Positions 37,196 through 46,400 of a stretch of DNA of 64,000 bases are shown piece by piece. The stretch comes from an uncultured Myxococcales bacterium (GTDB lineage Bacteria; Myxococcota_A; UBA9042; CAIXZC01): NCBI GenBank assembly GCA_964593355.1, contig CAZQHM010000014.1, positions 1,269 to 65,268 of the forward strand, written 5' to 3'. The first letter of the stretch is position 1. Each line of letters starts with the position of its first letter. The position numbers and the translations under genes were made by a program. The notes beneath the pieces are model-generated. The model had not been told where the DNA came from, did not search any database, and was given only the letters and a program-made list of their open reading frames with translations.

Positions 37196-38316
37196 AGCAG
37201 TTTCCCTCCTGCGATGACCTCGGGGACGGAGATGAGGCCGCCGTCGATTTTGGGCACCGGAATCAACTCAACGTCGTGTGGAAGCAGCGCCTTGATGGAG
37301 ATGGCGTACTGTCCCATGTTCATCTCGGGGAGTACCACTTTCCTAACGCCTTTGAGCGCCTTAGCCAGGGCCTCTTCGGGTTCCGGGTAGAGCGATTCGA
37401 CTACCATGAGCGAGCACTTGCCGCCCCGGCGTCTCACTTCGGCCACGGTTTCTCTGCAGACCGGGCCGTTTACTCCGTGGGCCATGAGCAGGGTATCGGC
37501 CCCCTCCTCCATATCGGTTTGCACGGTCTCGATCATTGAGCGGTTGGCGAGGATTTTGGCTTCGAGGTGTCGCAGCTTGGCCTCAATCTCTTCGGGGACC
37601 TTGGTGAGGTAGCCGTTGGGGTCGTGCATGGAGCCGGTGAACCTGGTGAGCAGGGGGCCACCAACGGGGGCGAAGGGTGGGACGGATCCTGGGCCCTGGA
37701 TTGGGTATGGGACGAAGGGGGCCTCACCCTGGTAGAGCGTGCGTGAGAGGACCTCGGGCATCACAAGCTTCTCTTTGTCCAGGGTGTGGGTTGAGAGCAC
37801 CATGTCCTTCTGGGTGAGCAGAATCACGGGCACTCTGAGCAACTCGGCGATGTTGAAGGCCTTGACGGTCAGGGTAATCAGCGACTCTATGCTGGAGGGG
37901 CAGAGGACCACCATGGGGATACCGCCCGGGGCAATCCAGCGGGAGAACTGGATATCGCCCTGGGCGCCAGTGGTAGCGCCGCCGGTGGAGGGTCCCAGGC
38001 GCTGCACGTCAACTATGACCATGGGGACCTCGCCCAGGATGGCCATACCGATAGTCTCGGAGTAGAGGCTCATGCCGGGGCCGCTGGTGGCGGTGAATGC
38101 CTTCTTACCGGTCATAGCGGCGCCGAGGCACATTCCGATGGAGGCGATCTCGTCCTCGCCCTGAACGGCCACACCGCCCCTCTTTGGAAGTTCCTGCATC
38201 ATCTTGATGAGGATGCCCGTAGCCGGGGTAATTGGATAGCCGGCGAAGAAGTCGGTGCCGGCGTAGAGCGCCCCACGACAAATCGCCTCGGCGCCGTCGA
38301 TGAACTCATAGCGCAT
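37192..38316 (-). CDS. 2-oxoacid:ferredoxin oxidoreductase alpha subunit
   Basis: DGAEAI, FFAGYPITPAT, QGEDEIAS, TSGPGMSL, DVQRLGPSTG; ATGA overlap with the beta subunit. Confidence 0.93.
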   Translation of the reverse strand: MRYEFIDGAEAICRGALYAGTDFFAGYPITPATGILIKMMQELPKRGGVAVQGEDEIASIGMCLGAAMTGKKAFTATSGPGMSLYSETIGMAILGEVPMVIVDVQRLGPSTGGATTGAQGDIQFSRWIAPGGIPMVVLCPSSIESLITLTVKAFNIAELLRVPVILLTQKDMVLSTHTLDKEKLVMPEVLSRTLYQGEAPFVPYPIQGPGSVPPFAPVGGPLLTRFTGSMHDPNGYLTKVPEEIEAKLRHLEAKILANRSMIETVQTDMEEGADTLLMAHGVNGPVCRETVAEVRRRGGKCSLMVVESLYPEPEEALAKALKGVRKVVLPEMNMGQYAISIKALLPHDVELIPVPKIDGGLISVPEVIAGGKLL

Positions 38317-38353
38317 GGGTTGACTCCGTTTGGATGTGTTGTCTGGTGGTGTC

Positions 38354-39523
38354 CTACCTGAAGGCAGGGATGCCCGTAATCTCGTTACCGAGGATCAGGG
38401 TGTGGATGTCGTGAGTGCCCTCGTAGGTGAAGACCGACTCGAGGTTGTTCATGTGGCGGATTGCTCCGTACTCGGTGGTGATGCCGTTGGCACCCAGAAC
38501 CGAGCGGGCCAGGCGGGCGATTTCCAGGGCATGGTGGACGTTGTTGCGTTTCACCATGGAGACGTGGAAGTGTTTGCCCTTGCCTTCATCCATGAGGCGT
38601 CCGACCTGGAGGGTCATGAACTGCATCTTGGTGATTTCCGTGAGCATATAGACCAGCTTCTGCTGGGTGATCTGGAAGCCGCCGATGGGCTTGCCGAACT
38701 GCTTACGTTCGAGGCTGTACTGAAGGGCCTCGTCGTAGCAGGCCATAGCAGCACCGATGGCGCCCCAGGCGATGCCGTATCTGGCGCTGGTGAGGCACAA
38801 GAGGGGCATCTTCATGCTGTTGGTGCCGGGTAGCACGTTCTCCAGGGGGATAACGCAGTCATCGAAGACCAGCTCCGAGGTTACCGAGGCCCTCAGCGAC
38901 ATCTTTCTGTGCTGTTCGGGGGCTGTGAATCCGGGGGTTCCCTTCTCTACCAGGAAGCCGCGCACGGTGCCCTCTTCATCCTTGGCCCATACCACGGCAA
39001 CATCGGCGATGGTGCCGTTTGTGATCCACATCTTGGCGCCGTTGAGCACCCAGGTGTTTCCATCACGCTTGGCTCTGGTTGCCATGTTGCCCGGGTCGCT
39101 TCCATGGTCGGGCTCGGTGAGTCCGAAGCAGCCAATGGCCTCGCCCGTGGCCAGTTTAGGCAGCCACTTACGCTTCTGCTCTTCGCTGCCCCAGCTATAA
39201 ATGGGATACATCACGAGGGATGACTGGACGGAGCAGAAGCTGCGAACGCCGCTGTCTCCACGCTCAAGTTCCTGCATGGCGATGCCGTACTGGGTGTAGC
39301 TTGCGTTGGCGCATCCGTATTCTTCCGGCAGCGTCATACCGAAAAGACCAAGCTCGGCCATGCCGCCGACGAGTTCCTTGGGGAAGACGTGCTGGTCGAA
39401 GGCGGGTCCGATAACCGGCATAACCTTCTCGTCAACCCAGCGACGGCAAGTGTCCTGAAGAATGATCTCCTCTTCGGAGAGAAGTCTCTTGAACTGCAAG
39501 AAATCCACGCCCTTAAATGCCAT
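38354..39523 (-). CDS. gcdH: Glutaryl-CoA dehydrogenase
   Basis: ELERGDSGVRSFCSVQSSLVMYPI, GCFGLTEPDHGSDP, SLRASVTSE, ARYGIAWG, RHMNNLESVFTYEGTHDIHTLILG: the glutaryl-CoA dehydrogenase clade of acyl-CoA dehydrogenases. Confidence 0.88.
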   Translation of the reverse strand: MAFKGVDFLQFKRLLSEEEIILQDTCRRWVDEKVMPVIGPAFDQHVFPKELVGGMAELGLFGMTLPEEYGCANASYTQYGIAMQELERGDSGVRSFCSVQSSLVMYPIYSWGSEEQKRKWLPKLATGEAIGCFGLTEPDHGSDPGNMATRAKRDGNTWVLNGAKMWITNGTIADVAVVWAKDEEGTVRGFLVEKGTPGFTAPEQHRKMSLRASVTSELVFDDCVIPLENVLPGTNSMKMPLLCLTSARYGIAWGAIGAAMACYDEALQYSLERKQFGKPIGGFQITQQKLVYMLTEITKMQFMTLQVGRLMDEGKGKHFHVSMVKRNNVHHALEIARLARSVLGANGITTEYGAIRHMNNLESVFTYEGTHDIHTLILGNEITGIPAFR

Positions 39524-39840
39524 CTCAAACCCCTCTATTCAACGGGCTCATGCCCATACCTCGCCGGAATATGCCCCTGCCGAAACCTTGTCAACGGAAT
39601 TCGGACGGCGGGCCATGATAGTAGGTTAGTAGCCATGCAGAAGCAGCGGCAGCGGATGGGTCCGCTGCCCGGGGGGCGTTCTCAGGCCCCAACTCTGACA
39701 TGCCGCACCTCCGACGTTTCGACCGGGTCGCAGAAATGATGGCTCCCAGCCTGCGGATCTTCTCCATAACGCACAATCCGAGGAGCAGGGGCGTTGCGTC
39801 GGCGGAGCTACACAGCTGCTCAGATATCTCGATCCCCCCA

Positions 39841-39874
39841 GCAGCCGTGTACCCCGCCTTCGACGGCCCAGAGG
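39841..39874. repeat. Dispersed intergenic repeat, copy 2
   Basis: gcagccgtgtaccccgccttcgacggcccagagg; matches 23982-24015 at 30/34 nt. Confidence 0.75.
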
Positions 39875-40090
39875 GGGCCGCTCAGGCCCTTCGATGGGAG
39901 CCGGCCGAAGGACGAGTCGAGGGGGGGACGAGAATGGCGAGCAGTGGTCTAGCAGGCACCGCTAGGGCCACGTATCGGCGCATCATTCCTCTTGACCTAA
40001 TCAGCGATCAAGCATAGCTTTCACCTAGTCTACCATAGCCCTTAGGTATGGTGGTTTGCGCTAACACCTCAAACGGGACAAGGGTGCCCC

Positions 40091-41335
40091 ATGACTACAG
40101 TTGCTCTGCCGTATTGCCCTAGGAACGTAATAACCTGTTCTGTGCTATGTGCGCCCGCTTCATTCCCGCCGCTCATGCAATATCCAGTGAAGCGAGGTTC
40201 CTTGTCTGGCCTTAATCTGGCTGCTCTATTGCTAATGCTGCTTCTTCCCGTGATAGTGCATGGCAAGGAGGTTTCGGCCGATCCCTGCACATACAAAAAA
40301 CCAATGCGGTCAGCATTGTCCAATGTTCGGGATTGGGTGGGAGTTTCACTAGCCTATGAATATAGTGTCTTTGACGTTGAATCGGAGCTTCAAGGAGATG
40401 TTCCTGTTTTGCAGGACTTTCCGGTACTGCAGTACTCACATTCTCATGATTTTTTCTCCTTGTCTTTGTCGATACCATTTCTTACCGTACGCCGAGGCTG
40501 GAATCTCACAGAGCACAGCCTAGGGGGCAGCCGGGCAAGCTTCTCTCTTTGGGAGGTTGATTTGTATGCGTTAGATCGTATTCCAGCGCTTTCTATGTAC
40601 AATCCTCAGCGTGATGCGGAACGCGATTGTTCGTATAATAAAGCCATCGAAAAATGGGAGGCAGAGGGAGGAAGAGGAAGGAGGCCAGCTAAGACTGGCG
40701 GTGCGCCGGCTTGGATCTTCCCATTTATGTCATCGAGCTTTAGAAGTATGGAAATGTCCACTGACAATCATTATAAATCATTGACAGAGTTATATTTTTT
40801 ACTGTTTATTGGATATCAACAGCAATCAGACAGGGTTTCTGCTGGCAACGATACGTACAGTATGGAATCTACCAAAATAGGCTTTTTCTTTTCGCAAGGA
40901 TTTTTGAATATGTCAAGTTTGATGCGCTATATTTACCACCGATACGGTAGCGATGTCTTTTCGGAGCAAAAGGGTAGTGGAGAAGGGGAGGCTCAGTACA
41001 TAAATTTACTATTGCATCATATTGTCGCATTTGACAATGGAATGGTGCTGCTAAGTATTATCCCAGGGTTTGATCTTTACTATGCGTCAAACGAGATTAG
41101 AAATGGCAGCTCTAGGCAGGATGGTTCAGGAGGGGCGGCCGCGTTCGTTCCGGGCCTTGTGCTAAATGCTGTATGGGTTACTGATTGGGTTAACGCAGTG
41201 TTTACTTCCGTGGTGTATTATAGGCTTGGGAAAGAATGGCTTTCTGGGGTGCCTGATGGTATGCAAGAAGAGGTCGAGTTTACCAACTCAATCAGCGGAC
41301 TGGCTGGCAGTGCCAGTCTTTCGATTCAGTTTTAG
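40091..41335 (+). CDS. Hypothetical low-GC protein, possibly outer-membrane
   Basis: Open 414-aa frame, hydrophobic segment near the N-terminus, terminal Phe (LSIQF); visibly AT-richer than flanks. True start may be downstream of 40091. Confidence 0.55.
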   Translation: MTTVALPYCPRNVITCSVLCAPASFPPLMQYPVKRGSLSGLNLAALLLMLLLPVIVHGKEVSADPCTYKKPMRSALSNVRDWVGVSLAYEYSVFDVESELQGDVPVLQDFPVLQYSHSHDFFSLSLSIPFLTVRRGWNLTEHSLGGSRASFSLWEVDLYALDRIPALSMYNPQRDAERDCSYNKAIEKWEAEGGRGRRPAKTGGAPAWIFPFMSSSFRSMEMSTDNHYKSLTELYFLLFIGYQQQSDRVSAGNDTYSMESTKIGFFFSQGFLNMSSLMRYIYHRYGSDVFSEQKGSGEGEAQYINLLLHHIVAFDNGMVLLSIIPGFDLYYASNEIRNGSSRQDGSGGAAAFVPGLVLNAVWVTDWVNAVFTSVVYYRLGKEWLSGVPDGMQEEVEFTNSISGLAGSASLSIQF

Positions 41336-41420
41336 AGGAGGCTGGCACCTACATCGGAACTACGGTCCTTTGCCAGGGCTCTGGCCGTGGCCGTGGCCGT
41401 GGCCGCATTGTAGTGACGGG

Positions 41421-43247
41421 CTACTCGGTGCATTCGGGGGGGAGGCAGAGCGAGGCGCCGGGTTGGGTCGAGGAGACTGGGAAGGGGTCCCAGGTTGGGA
41501 GGACCTGGTTGGTGACGATGTTGCCCAAGGTACCATTCTCGCCTGCCCCATCGGCTGTGAATGTCAGTTTCTGCTGCAGGTTGCCGGCCTGCTCAAGCCA
41601 CTCTGAGCCATTCTGCAGGACAACTCCGGCAGTATCATTGCCGGCGACGACGTTGCCGTCTCCCACGGCGATGCTGCCTTGCTGGCAGCCGTCAACAAGA
41701 AGGCCGGACCTGTTGTTGTTTACGATCTTATTGTTGGTAAGAAGCGTTGTTCCTGCGCCATCTAAATCTCTGAGGTATATGCCGTCAGCCATATCGACGA
41801 AGGCGTTTGAGTCGAAGACATAGTACGGCGCTTCGGAGAGACCAGAAATGTTGTTCCCGTCCAGAAGTTCTACCGTTGAGGCAACCACAGAGACTCCGAC
41901 GCCTTTGAGGTCGAGGATCTCGTTCTGGGCCACCTCTGCAACCAGGGAGGCTGATTGGACGAAGAGCCCGCCCAGTTCCGTGGTGGAAACCAGGTTGCCC
42001 ACCAGAGAGCCCGTCTCCACGGCGTTGAGCAGAACGCCAACTCGTCCGCAGCCGCTAAGATGGTTGTTGGTGAGGCGCACTTGGGCCTCGCCGCTTTCTG
42101 TGATGAAGATGCAATCTCCCGTGGCCACTCCCGACTGAGGCACGTTGCTAACGGTGGTATTCTCGACGGTGAGCCCGGACCCCCACGAGGCGATACCAAA
42201 GGCGTTGTTGTCCAGCACGAGAGTGGACTTCACGCTGCTTGGTGCGCCAGAGGAAGCAGAGGCCGATACTGCCAGGCCACCGCAGAAGTTGCCCTTGATG
42301 ATGGAGTGCTCAATGTCGAAGGCCGAGTCGAAGAGCAGAACTCCCCAGCCATCAGAATCGGTTATGACAAGGCCGGCCGTCTGCTCCGACGGCTCCTCGT
42401 TGAGTGCCATTTCCGTTCGGGCACGCACCGTGATGGTGACGCCGCCATCGCCGGCGATGGCAGCGGCAGGCTTCTGTTCACATTGGTCGGGTGAGGTGGA
42501 GTCTCCCACGCTGGAGATTGCTACGCCTCGCAGTTGTACGGTGCCGCCCTTGGCTACTAACCCAAAAGCCGTGGCCTCTTTGATCAGCACGTCTCCAATC
42601 TCAGTGGAGGCCACGCCCGTCAGTGCAATGGCAGTATGGCCCCCGGAGAACTCCATGTCGGAGAGAGCCAGCGAAGCGGTGTCGCTGACACTAAGGCCGA
42701 CGCCTCCCTTGCCGGCTTCCACGGTCATGGCCAGAATCTGGACTGTTTGGGCGTCGCTGACAGCAAGGGCCGCCACGCCGGGTTCGCCCTGGAGACGTAT
42801 TCGGTCTCGCCCCGGGCCCAGGAGGCTCAAATCGCCTTGCACCGCAACGGACTCTTCGTAGGTGCCGGCCGCCAGTGCGTACTTCCCCGGTCCCGATGCT
42901 GCCACTGCCTCAGCGAGGCTGGGGTAGGGCCGGGCCAAGGAGCCGTCTGCGGTTCCCTCGTAGGCACAGCAGGGGTTCACGAAGAGAACGTCTTGGTTAG
43001 CCACACCGTCGGCGTATCTGGCAAGGCCGCACAACTCCTCACCACCGCAGAGATACTCGGGAAGGTTGGAGCTATCCTCGGCCACATCACCAGGGGTCCC
43101 GCTCTGATTGCCCTCGCCGCCTGAGCAACCGTGGAGCAGGAGCAGAGCAGACATGAGGATGAACAGGGGGCGACGGAGGGGGCGGTTTCTGGGCTCTAAT
43201 TCCTGCTTGAACATCATTCTAGACGAACACATGTCCTTCCTCCACAT
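41421..43247 (-). CDS. Right-handed parallel beta-helix lipoprotein (DUF1565-like N-terminal motif)
   Basis: Lipobox LHGC; GSLARPYPSLAEAV...LAAGTYEE; repeated beta-helix coils. Start uncertain. Confidence 0.75.
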   Translation of the reverse strand: MWRKDMCSSRMMFKQELEPRNRPLRRPLFILMSALLLLHGCSGGEGNQSGTPGDVAEDSSNLPEYLCGGEELCGLARYADGVANQDVLFVNPCCAYEGTADGSLARPYPSLAEAVAASGPGKYALAAGTYEESVAVQGDLSLLGPGRDRIRLQGEPGVAALAVSDAQTVQILAMTVEAGKGGVGLSVSDTASLALSDMEFSGGHTAIALTGVASTEIGDVLIKEATAFGLVAKGGTVQLRGVAISSVGDSTSPDQCEQKPAAAIAGDGGVTITVRARTEMALNEEPSEQTAGLVITDSDGWGVLLFDSAFDIEHSIIKGNFCGGLAVSASASSGAPSSVKSTLVLDNNAFGIASWGSGLTVENTTVSNVPQSGVATGDCIFITESGEAQVRLTNNHLSGCGRVGVLLNAVETGSLVGNLVSTTELGGLFVQSASLVAEVAQNEILDLKGVGVSVVASTVELLDGNNISGLSEAPYYVFDSNAFVDMADGIYLRDLDGAGTTLLTNNKIVNNNRSGLLVDGCQQGSIAVGDGNVVAGNDTAGVVLQNGSEWLEQAGNLQQKLTFTADGAGENGTLGNIVTNQVLPTWDPFPVSSTQPGASLCLPPECTE

Positions 43248-43396
43248 ACTGTTTGTAGTGCGAGTGTGCGCTGCTCGATAAACAGGTCAAAACGCTAATA
43301 AGAGCCACCGACCCTTGGCACCATCTGGGGCCGAGCCGGTCATTGACACGCGAATCGCTTGACACACCTTGAGGTAGAGCACGGAACGCGGCGCGA

Positions 43397-43421
43397 GTCA
43401 AGAGGCAAACTTCTCTTGACA
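43397..43421. promoter_or_regulatory. Inverted repeat GTCAAGAG-N8-CTCTTGAC overlapping a TTGACA hexamer in a divergent promoter region
   Basis: Perfect 8-bp arms at 43397-43404 and 43413-43420, between two divergent beta-helix genes. Confidence 0.45.
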
Positions 43422-43452
43422 CAAGCAAATCTGACGGAGCAGGCTGATCTGG

Positions 43453-46400
43453 ATGAGCAAATCTGCTATTCCATGCCCGGACCTGGCAAACGGGTGGCCC
43501 TGCCGCCAGATGGAACGGGCCATACGCACCGCCGTTTGCGGTTGTGGAGGTGCATCCTTGAGCAGAAAGGCAGTTCGGCTGAGTGGGGAGATGCTTTTGG
43601 TGGTACTCCTTGGAGCCTGCACGGGGCAGTCGGGCATGGTTGTTCAGGGTGGCATGGACGCCTCTGAGGATATGGGCCTGGATGCTACTGATGCTGTGGA
43701 TCTGCGCCCCTTGGAGGAGGTGGCCGAGCTGGTCGAGGGATGTCCCGAAGGGACTGTGTTGTGGCCCGAACGGATGATCTGCGCACCCATGATTGAACAG
43801 TGCGGGCCGTTGGAGATGCCACGAATTGGCGGAGGTTGCATCGAGGTCGGGCCACGGAGTTGCGACCCTGCGCAAGGCCCTGACGCAGGTTGCGGCGCTT
43901 CGGCCCCTGCGCCTTGTCCTGAGGGTTTTAGACCCAGCAACGGAGACTGGGCCTGCGTGCCCTACTTCGAGCCCGATGGCATCTGCGCGGAAGACGAGAT
44001 ACCACTGTTCGGGGGAGGGTGCGCACCCGTGGGAGCATCCTGGTTCGACCCAGCCGAACAGTTCGGAGGAGTAGAAGTTCCCATTATGGACTATTGCCCC
44101 GAAGGCCAGATTCCGGTGCCCGGCGGTGGATGTCTGCCCGCTGGAAACAGGGCATGCAGCGCTATTTGGGATGCGGGAAGCGAGGGAGAGTGCGAACCAA
44201 CCGAGTACCTTCCGTGCCCAGAGGGGTGGGCTGACGAGGAAGAGACGGGCCAGTGCCGGGCCGTGGTTGCCGACTGCGGGCCGGGCGAGATTCCGCTTAT
44301 TGGAGGAGCCTGTGAGAAAGTGCTGGCCGATCCCGGCGAAGTCGGGGCCGGGCCCTTCCCCGAGCTGCCAATATCGGCACCCCAAGTTCTGTATGTGTTG
44401 GCAGCATCGCTTTGTGTCGAGGCGTGCGGAACCATGGATGCCCCGTTTCCCACGATTCAGCAGGCCCTGGACGTTGCCATCGAAGGTGCCGTGATTCTGG
44501 TGGGGCCAGGCAGCTATGCCGAGGGGCTATTGGTTACCCGTTCGGTGACCGTTGTCGGCCTGGGCGCGGCGGTGGTTCGAATCGCCGGCACTGTCTCTAC
44601 CACTCTTCCGGGCCAACCGGGTATCACCTCTGCCGGTCTTGCAGTGGTGGGGGCACAGGAGGTGGTTCTGAAAGGGCTGGCATTAGAGTCGCCTGCCGTG
44701 GGGGCCGTGGTCTACCAGTCGTCTGAAGTAGTACTTGAGGCTATAGAAATTGTGGGTTCCGTGGGCCTGGGTCTTGTTGTTTACCATGATTCCACCGTAG
44801 ACGCTGACCGAGTGTGGATTCACGGCATCGTGGGTGACGACTCTCCGGCGCAGCAGGCAGTGGGCGTTGTGGTAGATGACAAGGCGACACTTACCGCCGA
44901 GATGTTTCTGGTCTCGGAGGTCATGGGCGGCGGGGGCCGAGTGAAGGGCGCTGGCTCTTTGTCGCTCTCCCAAAGCTGCATAAAGGAAGTCGCTCTGACC
45001 GGCACCGGGACAGGTGGATTCGGCCTGAGCGTGCAGGATGGCTCCAAGGCTGTGTTGACCAATCTGGTGATCGAAGACTGCGTAGCAAGTGCGATACTGG
45101 ATAGTGCATCCGACTTGTTAGCCGATAATATCACTATACGAACTATAAAACTTCCTGATTCGGGAGAGTCAGGAGCGGGCATATATATTGCAAAGGGTTC
45201 TGAAGCCAATATTTCAAAACTAGATATGAGCGGCGCTGCGCGTCTTGGTATTTATGCTCTTGGCGAAGATACTAGTGTAGCTATTGAGAGAAGTGTTGTG
45301 TGTGATACTGCGCCAACCATCTCGGGTCAGTGGGGAGTTAGTGTTGTAGTAATTGATGGCGCCCATGTAGTGATTGAGTCAAGTTATGTATATAACAACA
45401 TGTACGCTGGTGTAATGTCGGGCGGAGAAGGCTCGTTGGTGGAGTTAACTGGGTCAGTGGTATCTGGGACGAAGTCTTCTGTGACGGGAGAGATTGGTGC
45501 GGGGCTTTTCTGCCAAGACCAGGGGCGTGGCAAGGCAGTGCACAGCCTGTTTCAAGGCAACGCCCTGTATGGGCTGGAGGCCAGCGGGCCTGGGACAACG
45601 GTATCTGCTGTCGGCTGTAGACTGACTGGAGAAGTGGGGGCTTCCGTAAGCCAAGGTGCCGAGCTGAGCTTGGAGGCTTCGGTAGTGGAGGAGAACTCTG
45701 GCCAGGGAATCATTGCCTATGGCGAGGGCCTCCAGGAGGGTTCGTCGAGGCTTACTGTCAAGGACTCGGTCATAAGGCAAAACTGCCTGGAGGAGGAGGA
45801 CGTTAAGTACAAGGATGCTCCGTTCGAGGTTGTCGTGATGGGGCTCGCTGAGGCCACTTTGCACGGTACTCTGGTGCAGCCCACGGTGTCGGGTCTGGCC
45901 GTTACTCTGGAGGGGGCAACCCTGGATGTCAGCGCATCCGTGGTAAGCGGGGTGAGCGACTTGGCGGTGGGGGCGGGCAGGGGTCTGAGGGTTGAACAAG
46001 GGGCGAAATGCGTTATCGAGGGAAGTCTGGTTGAAGGCATGGCCGACAGTGGGGTGGAGGTTGCGCATCACTTGAGTCACCTGGCCATGGACGACTCTGT
46101 GGTTCGGCGTTGTAATAGAGGCGGTACTGAAGGGTATGGTGGAATCTTGGTATCGGTTGGGGGAGTCGCTGAGCTGTTGGGATGTTCGCTGATGGAAAAT
46201 CGCCATGCCGGATTATATGTAATTTCCATTGGAACTGATGTTGGTATTGATGGTGGCAGTATATCGAATAACGTTCCAGGCTTGGACGGTAAAGTTGGTT
46301 TGGGCCTTAGAGTGTCCAATGGGGCCGCTGCCGAGGTGACTGGGACGCTGTTGGCCAACAACCATGGCATGAGCGTTGCGGTGGCTTCAGAGGATAGTTC

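Noticed and set aside
39700-40017. 105-aa ORF containing the AAVYPAFDGPE repeat as a real gene
   Set aside because: No RBS or domain; the other copy sits in a much shorter frame right after a stop. Kept only as a repeat observation.
41383-41406. (GGCCGT)n as a phase-variation tract
   Set aside because: Only three to four units, intergenic between convergent gene ends.
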